A stretch of 64,000 nucleotides of DNA from Candidatus Falkowbacteria bacterium (GTDB lineage: Bacteria; Patescibacteriota; Patescibacteriia; Patescibacteriales; UBA12465), in assembly GCA_016432645.1 (NCBI GenBank), contig CP066698.1:901062-965061 (forward strand), read 5' to 3'. Position numbers and translations under genes: made by a program. Shown here piece after piece: positions 38,531 through 48,163 of this stretch (positions are counted from its first letter, which is position 1; each line of letters opens with the position of its first letter). The notes beneath the pieces were generated by a model that saw only the letters and a program-made list of their open reading frames with translations, was not told where the DNA came from and did no database searches.

Positions 38531-40507
38531 TTAGCGTGTATATTTGAAAATAAAAATTTCGTTATTGCCAATTAGGCTCCAAGAGTCGGCGCTTAGTTTA
38601 GCGGCAGCAATTATCTTACCGCTTTCATTCCAATATTTATTGATAATCAAATAAGCCTCATTGGTCCCGGCCATATCCATGGCATCTAACATGGTTTTGC
38701 GGCTGGGATTTTTATAAACCATATCCAGAAAATATTGATATAAGGTGCCGCCAGTCGGTATTGGATAAAAATAAATATCTTCGCCTTTGGCGGTTTTAAA
38801 ATAGTGGTTAAATCCTAAAAGTTTTAGCGCGCCGGCGGAAACTTGCTGATTAGCTAGAACAATGTAGGGTTGTTCGGTTTCGGCTTCTATTTTTTGGACG
38901 GCCTCTAAGTCAAAAATACTGGTGCTATAGCCGCGGGAATTAAAATATTTATCAAAACGCGGATAGGCTAGGTATAAGGAAATAACCATAAAGGCAGTTC
39001 CTAGAGTTAACCAAATAAACTTTAGCAATTTTTCTTTTTGAAAATTTATCTTACCAATTAACCAGCTAATCGCCAGAGCGATAAAGGGCAGGAAAAAGAT
39101 AATGATAATATTTAGAATGCGCTTGGAATACCCGCTCTGTTCGTAGGCGATGATTTGTTCAAAATTTATTTGGGTGCTAAAAATAAAAGCCAAGATTAAA
39201 GAAGAGTTTATTGAGAGAATGCCGCGGATTGCGTGTTTTTTGTTCTCGGAAAGTTGAGTTTGGTTTTTTTGATAGAATAAGGCGATTCCAGCGGTGATTA
39301 AGACGGCGATTAAAAGTCTATAATTATAAAAAATAAAATAGCTTAAATTTAGCAGCCAGTTTTCTTGGCCGGCCGCCCCTAATTTAAAAATATCCTGCAG
39401 GGTTGTTTCAAGAATTGTTAAATTAAATTTTAAATTAGCCATTTTTCCACCGCTGATGATAAATAGAGCTAGCGGCAAAATAACCGCCCCGCCTGATAAA
39501 ATAAGAGCGGAAATAATTTTTTGATATTTGACGCGTAGTTTTGAAAAATGGGTTTTAAATATCAGCCAAGTACTCCAAATTAAGACCGGAATGCCGGAAA
39601 GGGGATGAATGGCTGCCGCCGCTAGAGAAAAAATTAAAGCCTCAGCTTTTCTCCGACTAGTCAAGCCATTGGCAACTGCGATAATAACGAAGATATAGCT
39701 AAAATTTTGGGGGGTGCTGACGATAAATAACGGTAAGCTTAAAGTAAGAACGATTAGCGTCCCTAAAAAATTTACGGAATCATTTTTTTCATCACTCGGA
39801 TTTAAAAATTTAAATAATTGATAAACTACTGGCGGCAGTAAACAAGCGGCGGCTAAGGGGACTAAGAATTTATTTAGGGCATAAATCGAAATTCCCAGGA
39901 TTTTATGGATAATTATGATAAATCCGTATTCGCCCAGGTAATACGGCGTTTTTGGAGAAATAAAACCTGCCTGATTAATGGTTTCCATGGCGGCTTGATG
40001 GATGAAAGGATCAAAGCCATAACCGACCTTATAGACGATAGTCGCTATTGCCAGACTTAAAAAATAATGGGCGGCAACTAATATTAATTTCGTCTTTCTG
40101 GCCAATTTGGCGTCCACCAACAAAACTATCAAAGTTAGGGAACTAAGAGCGTAAAACCAGAAAAAATGGCTGCTGACAACTTCCCAGGGGGATATTAGCG
40201 GCCGACCGCTGCGGCCTTGAATTAATTCCCAAGCGGCCGCCGCTAGGATTATTAAATAAATAATGGCCGTTTTTGATATTTTTTGCTGTTTAACGGTTGT
40301 TTCTTTTATTAAATCAGAATCATGGCTGCTACTCAGAATTCGGTATTTGTTTAAAAAAATTAGGCTAACTATAGATAAAATAATTGTTATAATGACGGCC
40401 CCGAAGTTAAGCTGATAAAAATAATAAATAACCGCGCTAAAAAATATTAGCAAGGCGACAATAATTCTTAAGTTTTGGCTTATTTTTGCTTGTTTTAAGT
40501 ATCCCAT
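38531..40507 (-). CDS. large polytopic membrane protein with a C-terminal soluble domain (possible GT-C-like glycosyltransferase)
   Basis: About 658 aa from the ATG at 40507 (the track TTG is at 40549). There are 13 or more hydrophobic segments and a ~130-aa C-terminal soluble region. Confidence 0.55.
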   Translation of the reverse strand: MGYLKQAKISQNLRIIVALLIFFSAVIYYFYQLNFGAVIITIILSIVSLIFLNKYRILSSSHDSDLIKETTVKQQKISKTAIIYLIILAAAAWELIQGRSGRPLISPWEVVSSHFFWFYALSSLTLIVLLVDAKLARKTKLILVAAHYFLSLAIATIVYKVGYGFDPFIHQAAMETINQAGFISPKTPYYLGEYGFIIIIHKILGISIYALNKFLVPLAAACLLPPVVYQLFKFLNPSDEKNDSVNFLGTLIVLTLSLPLFIVSTPQNFSYIFVIIAVANGLTSRRKAEALIFSLAAAAIHPLSGIPVLIWSTWLIFKTHFSKLRVKYQKIISALILSGGAVILPLALFIISGGKMANLKFNLTILETTLQDIFKLGAAGQENWLLNLSYFIFYNYRLLIAVLITAGIALFYQKNQTQLSENKKHAIRGILSINSSLILAFIFSTQINFEQIIAYEQSGYSKRILNIIIIFFLPFIALAISWLIGKINFQKEKLLKFIWLTLGTAFMVISLYLAYPRFDKYFNSRGYSTSIFDLEAVQKIEAETEQPYIVLANQQVSAGALKLLGFNHYFKTAKGEDIYFYPIPTGGTLYQYFLDMVYKNPSRKTMLDAMDMAGTNEAYLIINKYWNESGKIIAAAKLSADSWSLIGNNEIFIFKYTR

Positions 40508-40533
40508 AGCTTTGTTTATATGATAGCAAATTC

Positions 40534-40562
40534 TTGCTAAAATTGGCAATTTCGGATAACAT
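40534..40562 (+). promoter_or_regulatory. putative promoter TTGCTA-N17-TAACAT inside the 59-nt divergent region
   Basis: TTGCTA at 40534-40539 and TAACAT at 40557-40562. It overlaps the TAGCAA-N4-TTGCTA inverted repeat at 40524-40539. Confidence 0.35.
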
Positions 40563-40566
40563 TAAA

Positions 40567-42384
40567 ATGATGAAAATAAAAATTAAAAACCATATAAACA
40601 TTGCTCTTGTCGTTGTTTTGGCGGCTGTTTTTTTTGTGGCAACTTCCAGTTTTAATTATTTTACTCAAACTGCTGATTATACCAAATGGTCATCGCCCGA
40701 TGAAACTGCCAATTATTTTTTTGCCAAACGCTTCAGCCAAGGTGAAAGTCTGGCTTATTTTGATGCCGCAGCTATTATCGGTGATAATATGGTAATGCCG
40801 CGCAGCGTGCGCAGCGATGCCGGCTGGCTGAAGCCAGTGAGCTTTTTGGGGATAATTTTAATGTACGGAGAACTCGGTTCGATTTTTGGTTCAGCGGTCA
40901 TTCCTTTTTTGACGCCATTTTTTGCGGCTTTGGGAATAATTATTTTTTATGCCCTGATTAAAAAAATATTTTCGGAGCGCATCGCCCTTATCTCCGCTTT
41001 TTTATTAGCGACTTTCCCAGTTTATATTTATTATACCGTGAGAAGCATGTTTCATAATGTTTTGTTTATTGTCTTGGTGGTATTCGCAGTTTATTTTATT
41101 GTTTTGGCGGCGGGGAATAGAAAGAAAAAATTGGAAGAATCGCCCGAAGCCGTTAAAATCTCAGTTTATAAAAAGTTTTTAACTTTCAAGCTTGATTTGA
41201 AAATTTGGTGGCAAATGCTGGCGGCCTTTATCAGCGGTATTTTCTTTGGTTTGGCGCTGATAACCAGATCATCGGAAATTTTATGGTTAGCCCCGGCGGC
41301 TTTTGTGGTTTGGTTATTTTATGCTAAGCGTCTGGGAATAATCAAATTGATTTTAGTCCTCTGCGGCATGTTTTTGGCAATTTTGCCGAATGCTTATTTT
41401 AACCAAGCGCTATATTCCGCTCCGATTTATGGCGGCTATAACGAAATGAACCGCTCGCTTGATGATTTATCAAAAACCGGGTCGCAGATGATTAATTCTT
41501 TTTTCAGCGGCGATAATAAATATGGCGCCTACCTGGAAACGATTTATCGTAATATTTTTTATTTTGGCTTTAATAAAGACCAATCAATCAGCATGGCGCG
41601 GCATTATATTTTAGAGATGTTTCCGGTTTTGTTAGGCGCTTTTTTATTGGGCTGTTTAATCATTCTAGTTTTAAATATCCGTAAGTTCCAGAAAAAATAT
41701 TTAGCTTATTTTTTAGCTTTTGCAATTATTAGTGCGATTTTAATTTTTTATTACGGCTCTTGGAAGTTTAATGATAATCCCGACCCCAATCGCTTTACCA
41801 TCGGGAATTCTTATACCCGTTATTGGCTGCCGATTTATTTGATGATGATGCCGATTGCCGCCCTAGCTATTACCAGATTTTCTCAAGCGATAATGTTTTC
41901 GGGCGACCATCCTAAAAGACGCTGGAAAAGAATTATTATCGCCGGCATCCAATCTTCGGCAGTGCTCATTATTTCGGCGGCCAGTATTTTGTTTGTTTTG
42001 TACGGTTCGGAAGAGGGGCTAGCCTATTTATACTATAATAATTTAGCGGAGAAAAATAACGCTCAGCGCGTCTTTAGCTTAACAGAAAATAATTCCGTGA
42101 TTATTACCAGATATTATGATAAATTTTTCTTTCCTGATCGCCGGGTAATTATGGGGACCATCCCCGATGCGGAAATGCTAACGGCTGTTTCTAAATTAGT
42201 TAATTACTATCCGGTTTATTATTATAATTTCTATTTAAAAGAAGAGGATGTCAATTATCTTAATGAACGAAAACTTTCGCCCTACCAACTTAAAATGTCG
42301 CTAGTAAAAAAAATGAATCGCAATTTTGGTTTATATAAATTGGAAAAAGCGGTTGTAGAAGTGCCGGCGGCTAACAAAAAATAA
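40567..42384 (+). CDS. large polytopic membrane protein, GT-C (ArnT/PMT-like) glycosyltransferase candidate
   Basis: About 605 aa from the ATG at 40567. The acidic DE motif after TM1 (SSPDETANYFFAKRF) is typical of first-loop GT-C catalytic motifs. There are ~12 TM helices and a C-terminal soluble domain. Confidence 0.55.
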   Translation: MMKIKIKNHINIALVVVLAAVFFVATSSFNYFTQTADYTKWSSPDETANYFFAKRFSQGESLAYFDAAAIIGDNMVMPRSVRSDAGWLKPVSFLGIILMYGELGSIFGSAVIPFLTPFFAALGIIIFYALIKKIFSERIALISAFLLATFPVYIYYTVRSMFHNVLFIVLVVFAVYFIVLAAGNRKKKLEESPEAVKISVYKKFLTFKLDLKIWWQMLAAFISGIFFGLALITRSSEILWLAPAAFVVWLFYAKRLGIIKLILVLCGMFLAILPNAYFNQALYSAPIYGGYNEMNRSLDDLSKTGSQMINSFFSGDNKYGAYLETIYRNIFYFGFNKDQSISMARHYILEMFPVLLGAFLLGCLIILVLNIRKFQKKYLAYFLAFAIISAILIFYYGSWKFNDNPDPNRFTIGNSYTRYWLPIYLMMMPIAALAITRFSQAIMFSGDHPKRRWKRIIIAGIQSSAVLIISAASILFVLYGSEEGLAYLYYNNLAEKNNAQRVFSLTENNSVIITRYYDKFFFPDRRVIMGTIPDAEMLTAVSKLVNYYPVYYYNFYLKEEDVNYLNERKLSPYQLKMSLVKKMNRNFGLYKLEKAVVEVPAANKK

Positions 42385-42385
42385 T

Positions 42386-43690
42386 ATGAAGAACAGATAT
42401 TTTATTATTACCATCGGCTGTCAGATGAATAAGGCTGACAGCGAGCGGTTAGCGGCTTTTTTAGAATCAAAAAAATTAGTTGCCGGTTCCGATTTTAAAA
42501 CCGCTGGCCTAGTGGTTATTAATACTTGCAGCATCAGACAGTCGGCCGAAGATCGTTTATACGGATTGGTAAATCAAATTAAAAAATATAATCCGCGAGT
42601 TAAGATTGTGGTTACCGGCTGCCTGAGCAAGCGTCCGGATGTTATGAAGCGCTTGGAGGAGAGAGTTGATTTGTTTATGCCGATCAACGAAATGCCTAAT
42701 ATTTTTGATTTATTGGAAAAACGCCAAATTAAAACCAAGTTAAGCTTGGATGAAGTCAGAATTTTGCAGGGAGAAAAATATTTATCTATTATCCCTAAAT
42801 ATCAGAATAAATTCAGCGCTTATGTTCCGATTGGCAACGGCTGCAATAATTTTTGTTCTTATTGTGTTGTGCCTTATGCGCGCGGACGAGAAGTTTATCG
42901 TCCGGCTGCGGAAATAATTAAAGAAATAAGAGCGCTAATTAAGGGCGGTTATAAAGAAATTATTTTAATTGCTCAGAACGTTAATAGCTACCATGATAAA
43001 TCAATGATTTTTTCTGAACTATTAGAAAAGATTGCTAAAATTCCTGGAGATTTTTGGATTAGATTTTCTTCGAGCCACCCCAAAGACGTTAGTCCGGAAT
43101 TGATTCAAGTTATCGGCGCTTATCCTAAAATCTGCCCCCATTTACATCTGGCTGTTCAGTCGGGGGATGATAAAATTTTAACCGCCATGAATCGAAAATA
43201 TACAGTCGCTCATTTTATAGATTTAGTCGCTAAAATTAGAAAGGCTAGGCCGGGAATCGCCATCACTACTGATGTTATTGTCGGTTTTCCCGGAGAAACT
43301 AGGGCGCAATTCGCTAATACCGTCAAGCTATTTAAAAAGATAAAGTTTGATTTAGTTTATATTTCGCGCTATAGCCCGCGTCCCGGAACCGTTTCTTATA
43401 ATTTAAAAGATAACGTGAGCCCGGCGGAAAAACAGCGGCGTGAATTCGAGCTGGAGGCTATATTGCAAAAAGGAGTCCATGATAATAATGCCGCTTATAT
43501 CGGCCGCACCGAGAAAGTTTTACTTGAAGGCGTTAATAAAAAAAATAAGTATTATGGTAAAACCGGAACTTATAAAATGACTTTAGTAAAGCCTCTGGGT
43601 AAAATTAAAAAATCTTTAATTGGCTCCTTCGTTGATGTCAAAGTTGATAGCATCGGCAAGTTTGGCTTAGAGGGCAGTTTAGTAAAATAA
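42386..43690 (+). CDS. miaB: tRNA-i6A37 methylthiotransferase MiaB (radical SAM)
   Basis: It has the UPF0004 N-terminus GCQMNKADSE, the radical SAM motif CNNFCSYCVVPYARG and a TRAM-like C-terminus. miaA follows. Confidence 0.9.
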   Translation: MKNRYFIITIGCQMNKADSERLAAFLESKKLVAGSDFKTAGLVVINTCSIRQSAEDRLYGLVNQIKKYNPRVKIVVTGCLSKRPDVMKRLEERVDLFMPINEMPNIFDLLEKRQIKTKLSLDEVRILQGEKYLSIIPKYQNKFSAYVPIGNGCNNFCSYCVVPYARGREVYRPAAEIIKEIRALIKGGYKEIILIAQNVNSYHDKSMIFSELLEKIAKIPGDFWIRFSSSHPKDVSPELIQVIGAYPKICPHLHLAVQSGDDKILTAMNRKYTVAHFIDLVAKIRKARPGIAITTDVIVGFPGETRAQFANTVKLFKKIKFDLVYISRYSPRPGTVSYNLKDNVSPAEKQRREFELEAILQKGVHDNNAAYIGRTEKVLLEGVNKKNKYYGKTGTYKMTLVKPLGKIKKSLIGSFVDVKVDSIGKFGLEGSLVK

Positions 43691-43700
43691 TCACGTCGTT

Positions 43701-44666
43701 ATGGCTTCACATAAATTAAATATTCAGAAAATAAAAACTGCCGCCGGTGCCGCCAAATCAAAAGTAGTGGTTATTTTAGGCCCGACTGGTAGCGGCAAGA
43801 CGGCTTTAGGTGTTAAGTTGGCGTCCGAATTTAATGGAGAAATTATCAGCGCCGATAGCCGCCAAGTATATCGCGGCATGGATATTGGTACAGGCAAAGA
43901 CTTAGCGGAATATAAAATTGGCCGGAAACAGATTCCTTATCATTTGATAGATATAATTAGCCCTAATACTAAATTTAATTTAGCGCGTTATCAAAAATTA
44001 GCTTTTAAGGCGATTGCTGATATTTTACACCGCGGCCGCTTGCCGATTATTGTCGGTGGCACTGGTTTATATTTACAAGCGGTGATTGATAATTATCAGT
44101 TGTCGGCGGTTAAGCCGGATACTAAACAAAGAGATTCTTTAGAATTATTAGGGGCGCCGGTTTTGTTCGAAAAATTAGCCATTTTAAAACCGGAATTTGC
44201 TGCTAAGTTAAATAATAGCGATAAAAATAACGCCCGCCGTTTAGCGCGTTATTTAGAAATTGCCGTTCTTAAGAAAAACCCCGATACCGGCAAAGAGGAC
44301 TCCCCGTTTGCATTTTTAGTTTTAGGAATTGATGTTGATGATGAAGCGATGCGTGTCAAAATTGCGCGACGCCTAGATAAGCGTTTGCAGGCAGAAGGAA
44401 TGGTCCAAGAAGTTGAGCGTCTGCACGGCGAGGGCGTTTCTTTTAAGCGTTTAATTTCTTTTGGTTTGGAATATAAATTTATCAGTCATTTTTTGCAGGG
44501 GAAGTTAAATGCTATCGAAATGCGCGATAAATTATTAACGGCGATTTATCGTTTTGCTAAGAAGCAAAAAACTTGGTTTCGGCGCTGGGAGAAGCAGGGC
44601 AGGCAGATTGAATGGGTGCAAGATGAAAAGGCGGCTGCTAAAAAAATAATTAAATTTTTAAAATAA
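43701..44666 (+). CDS. miaA: tRNA dimethylallyltransferase MiaA
   Basis: It has the P-loop GPTGSGKTALG plus SADSRQVYRGMDIGTGK and PIIVGGTGLY. Confidence 0.9.
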   Translation: MASHKLNIQKIKTAAGAAKSKVVVILGPTGSGKTALGVKLASEFNGEIISADSRQVYRGMDIGTGKDLAEYKIGRKQIPYHLIDIISPNTKFNLARYQKLAFKAIADILHRGRLPIIVGGTGLYLQAVIDNYQLSAVKPDTKQRDSLELLGAPVLFEKLAILKPEFAAKLNNSDKNNARRLARYLEIAVLKKNPDTGKEDSPFAFLVLGIDVDDEAMRVKIARRLDKRLQAEGMVQEVERLHGEGVSFKRLISFGLEYKFISHFLQGKLNAIEMRDKLLTAIYRFAKKQKTWFRRWEKQGRQIEWVQDEKAAAKKIIKFLK

Positions 44667-44682
44667 TATTTATCTTAGTTGC

Positions 44683-44711
44683 AAAAAATCCCAGAGATAC
44701 TGGGATTTTTT
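44683..44711. terminator. bidirectional terminator between convergent miaA and gatB
   Basis: AAAAAATCCCA-GAGATAC-TGGGATTTTTT. Confidence 0.75.
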
Positions 44712-44728
44712 ATTTTTTCAGCTGTAAG

Positions 44729-46234
44729 TTATTTGAGATTCTTTTCCAGTAGTTCTTTAACAATTTTTGGATTAGCCTTGCCACCGGTTTCTGCCATTAC
44801 TTTACCGAGCAGGAATTGAATAACGTTAGTTTTGCCCTTTTTGTATTGGTCGACCTGCTCCTGATTATCCGAAATAATTTTGATAACTGTTTTTTCAAGC
44901 GCGGCTTCGTCGTCCATTTGTTCTAAGCCCATTTCGGCCATAATATCAGTCGGGTCGCCGCCTTGATTATACATGAATTCTAAAATCGTTTGGCCGGCGG
45001 AAGAATTTATCTTTCCCTGATAAATTAAAGAAACTAATTCCGCAAAATTTTCCGCAGTTATTTTCAGTTGGTTAACGGTTTCATTATTTATTTTAAAATG
45101 TCTCATTAATTCACTGGTAATCCAGTTGCCGGCTATTTTAGCCAGTTTTTTATCTTGGCGTTCTGATTCGTCGCCATTGGCGTCTATCCAGGCATCAAGT
45201 TCAGAGATAACCTGTTCGCTCCAATTTGCCAAATCCCGATCGCTAGTAAGAATTTCCGCAGTTTCCCGGGTTAGCCCGTACTCGCGTTCAAAGCGGCGCA
45301 TCTTTTCATCTGGTAATTCTGGTAAGCTAGCTTGGATATCGGCGAGCCACTGGCCAGCTATTTCTAAAGGCGGAATATCTGGCTCTGGGAAATACCGGTA
45401 ATCAGCCGAGCTTTCTTTAACGCGCTGGCTGACGGTGGCATTTTTTTTGTCATCCCAACCGCGGGTCTCGGCAATAATTTCCTGGTCTTTTTCCAGTAGC
45501 TCTGTTTGGCGTTTAATTTCAAAATTAATTGCTTTTTCAACAGCACGAAAAGAATTAATATTTTTAACCTCCACTTTATTATTTAATTTATGTTTGCCGA
45601 CAGATTTAATTAAGCCGCCTTCATATTTAAAGGCGCCGGCTTTTTGGACGCTGACGTTCGCTTCACAGCGCATTTCGCCGTGCTCCATATCGGCGTTGCT
45701 AATCTCTAGATAACGGAGAATTTGCTGATATTTCTGGCAGAATTTTTTGGCTTGAGCGGCATCCTCAATTACCGGTTCAGTTACTAATTCCATCAGCGGC
45801 GTTCCGGCCCGGTTAAAATCAATTAACGTGTGGCTTTCGCCTTTGGGATGGAAAGACTTCCCGGTATCTTCTTCCAAGTGGATCCTAGTAATTAATATTT
45901 TTTTGCCATCCACTTCCAGATAGCCGCCATAAGCGAGCGGCAAATCATATTGTGATATTTGATAGCCCTTTGGCAAATCAGGATAAAAATAATTTTTGCG
46001 ATCAAATTTCGATAAGCGGTTGATTTGGCAGTGTAGCGCTAAGCCGGCAGAGATTACAAATTCCACTGCTTTTTTATTAGGAACTGGCAGGGTGCCTGGA
46101 TGGCCGAGACAAATTGGGCAGACGTTGGTATTGGCCGGTTTATTAGCAGCATCATTATCGCAAGCGCAAAACATCTTGCTTTTTGTTTTTAGTTCGGCGT
46201 GTATTTCCAAGCCGATAATCGCTTGATAGGCCAT
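44729..46234 (-). CDS. gatB: Asp/Glu-tRNA(Asn/Gln) amidotransferase subunit B
   Basis: 501 aa. It carries IGLEIHAEL, NRAGTPLMELVTEP and a GatB/YqeY C-terminal domain. Confidence 0.95.
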   Translation of the reverse strand: MAYQAIIGLEIHAELKTKSKMFCACDNDAANKPANTNVCPICLGHPGTLPVPNKKAVEFVISAGLALHCQINRLSKFDRKNYFYPDLPKGYQISQYDLPLAYGGYLEVDGKKILITRIHLEEDTGKSFHPKGESHTLIDFNRAGTPLMELVTEPVIEDAAQAKKFCQKYQQILRYLEISNADMEHGEMRCEANVSVQKAGAFKYEGGLIKSVGKHKLNNKVEVKNINSFRAVEKAINFEIKRQTELLEKDQEIIAETRGWDDKKNATVSQRVKESSADYRYFPEPDIPPLEIAGQWLADIQASLPELPDEKMRRFEREYGLTRETAEILTSDRDLANWSEQVISELDAWIDANGDESERQDKKLAKIAGNWITSELMRHFKINNETVNQLKITAENFAELVSLIYQGKINSSAGQTILEFMYNQGGDPTDIMAEMGLEQMDDEAALEKTVIKIISDNQEQVDQYKKGKTNVIQFLLGKVMAETGGKANPKIVKELLEKNLK

Positions 46235-46255
46235 ATAATTAATTTTTTTTGTAAA

Positions 46256-47602
46256 TTAGAATTTTCCGGAACTGCCGAAAGCCCCTGCTTGGCGGCTAGT
46301 GTCATCAGTGATTAAGCCGTCTTCTAAGATTGGCGTTTTAACTTCTTGGATAAGAATTTGAGCGATTTTTTGCCCGGGGACAATGTTAAAAATATCTTCG
46401 CTTAAATTTTTCATAATCACTTTTATTTCTCCGCGATAGCTGGAGTCAATTACCCCGCCCATAGTAGTAATTCCTTCGTTGGCTAATCCGCTTTTGTCCC
46501 AGACTAAGCCGACATGGCCGCTGGGAATAGCGATTTTAATGCCGGTAGAGACTAGTGCTTGTCCGTAAGCGGTAATTGAATAATAATCAGCGGCATATAA
46601 ATCAAAACCGGCATCGCCCGGATGAGCTAGCTGTGGTATTTTAGCTTCCGGAGAGATTTTTTCCACGGTTAGGCGCATTAACTTGTCCGGTTTTGGCAAA
46701 GACAACTCTTTATTTTCCGGTAGCTCTGGGACTGAGGGGATGAAATTAGGGAAGTCATCGGTCGGTTTAGGGGTTTCGGTAATTTTATTTGGCTGATTGT
46801 TTTGAATGTTATTATTGCCGTTGTTGTTATTGAAAAGCAGGTCGCGATTTTTTAGAATTTGCTCGCTGGCGCCGATTAAACTGGAAATTGATTCAAACCC
46901 CGGCTTAACTTTTGCTTGATGAACTACTAATTGATTCGCGGCCAGCCAAACTAAAAAGTGGATAGATTCCCGGCTCAGTATTTGGTTATTATGAGTACAT
47001 TTTATCAATCTAAAACCCGGAAGCGTGTTGGCAATTTCTACATAAACTTGTTCAGCTTTTTTCAGATGTTCGAAATTATTTTCGTGGATGTCGGTGGTTT
47101 TTCCGCGCCAATCTTCGCGCGCCCGATCTTGAGCCAGTTGGAAAGAAATTTCCGGTTCAACCTGCAAAATTAAGGTTAAATCTGGACGGGGAATTTCAAA
47201 AATTTTATATTCTAAATCATATAGCCAATTGAAAAAAACTTTGCGTTCTAGAGGGTTGTCTATTTTACAGCCCTGATGGCCCAAACTGGCGCTGGTGTAT
47301 CTATTGGCTAAAACTATTTTGCCTTCATCTAGCCATTGTTTAATTTTTTGGCTGGCATCATAACGGTCGACCGCATAGAAAATAGAAGCTTTATAGGGAT
47401 CAACCTCATCGGCTTGTCCATATTTTCCGGATAAATATTCTTCGACCAAACCAGCTGACTTGGTGTTGTATTGAGGGAAATCGGCTACAGCCACCGCATA
47501 GCCTTCCTCTTCCAGCTTGGCTTTTAGCAGATTTAATTGGGTCGTTTTGCCACTGCCGTCAGTGCCGTCAATGACAATAAATTTTCCGGACGTGTTTTCC
47601 AT
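46256..47602 (-). CDS. fusion protein: thymidylate kinase (N-terminal) joined to dUTPase (C-terminal)
   Basis: The N-terminus has the IVIDGTDGSGKTTQ P-loop and the DRY motif. An Asn/Pro-rich linker follows (NNNNGNNNIQNNQPN...). The C-terminus has the dUTPase motifs GDAGFDLYA, GGVIDSSYRGEI and RQAGAFGSSG. Confidence 0.85.
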   Translation of the reverse strand: MENTSGKFIVIDGTDGSGKTTQLNLLKAKLEEEGYAVAVADFPQYNTKSAGLVEEYLSGKYGQADEVDPYKASIFYAVDRYDASQKIKQWLDEGKIVLANRYTSASLGHQGCKIDNPLERKVFFNWLYDLEYKIFEIPRPDLTLILQVEPEISFQLAQDRAREDWRGKTTDIHENNFEHLKKAEQVYVEIANTLPGFRLIKCTHNNQILSRESIHFLVWLAANQLVVHQAKVKPGFESISSLIGASEQILKNRDLLFNNNNGNNNIQNNQPNKITETPKPTDDFPNFIPSVPELPENKELSLPKPDKLMRLTVEKISPEAKIPQLAHPGDAGFDLYAADYYSITAYGQALVSTGIKIAIPSGHVGLVWDKSGLANEGITTMGGVIDSSYRGEIKVIMKNLSEDIFNIVPGQKIAQILIQEVKTPILEDGLITDDTSRQAGAFGSSGKF

Positions 47603-47606
47603 ATGA

Positions 47607-48161
47607 TTATTTATTTATTTCAGCAATTATCTTGTCTATTTTTGCATAAAGTTCTTCCAATGTTCCGTTATTATTCAGATGATAAGCGGCATGAGAAATT
47701 ACGATAGGTATTTCTTTCTCAGCTTCTTTTTGGCAGTCATTTTCAAATTCAGCAAAAGTTTTACCGGCATCTCCCTCATTTTCATTACGAAGCTTCATTC
47801 TTTCGTAGCGCAGATTAATATCTGCCTCTACGCTTATTAATTTAAATTCCGGCAGATTGCTTAGGTGAACAATATCATCCATCCGTCTAACGCCGTCAAC
47901 AATTACAATTCCGCCGTTATCGTTTTTGGCATCTGTGGCAATAATTCTGGCTAAAATATCGCTGCCGAAACGATTCCGTAAATCAAGCGATAAATCTTGC
48001 ATGTTTTCTCGGTTAATTGGGATATATAAGCGATTTAAAATATCTCGTAGAACGGTAGAGAATTTATAACTGGAAGCGCGATAGTGCTCTTCAATGTATT
48101 TTTTGCTGACATCCTTGCCGCTGGCAATCGGGCCAACGAGACCGATAATAATTTTAGACAT
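47607..48161 (-). CDS. P-loop nucleotide kinase (dNMP-kinase / CoaE-like)
   Basis: 184 aa. It has the IIGLVGPIASGKDV P-loop and VDGVRRMDD. Substrate is unknown; the context is deoxypyrimidine metabolism. Confidence 0.5.
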   Translation of the reverse strand: MSKIIIGLVGPIASGKDVSKKYIEEHYRASSYKFSTVLRDILNRLYIPINRENMQDLSLDLRNRFGSDILARIIATDAKNDNGGIVIVDGVRRMDDIVHLSNLPEFKLISVEADINLRYERMKLRNENEGDAGKTFAEFENDCQKEAEKEIPIVISHAAYHLNNNGTLEELYAKIDKIIAEINK

Positions 48162-48163
48162 AA

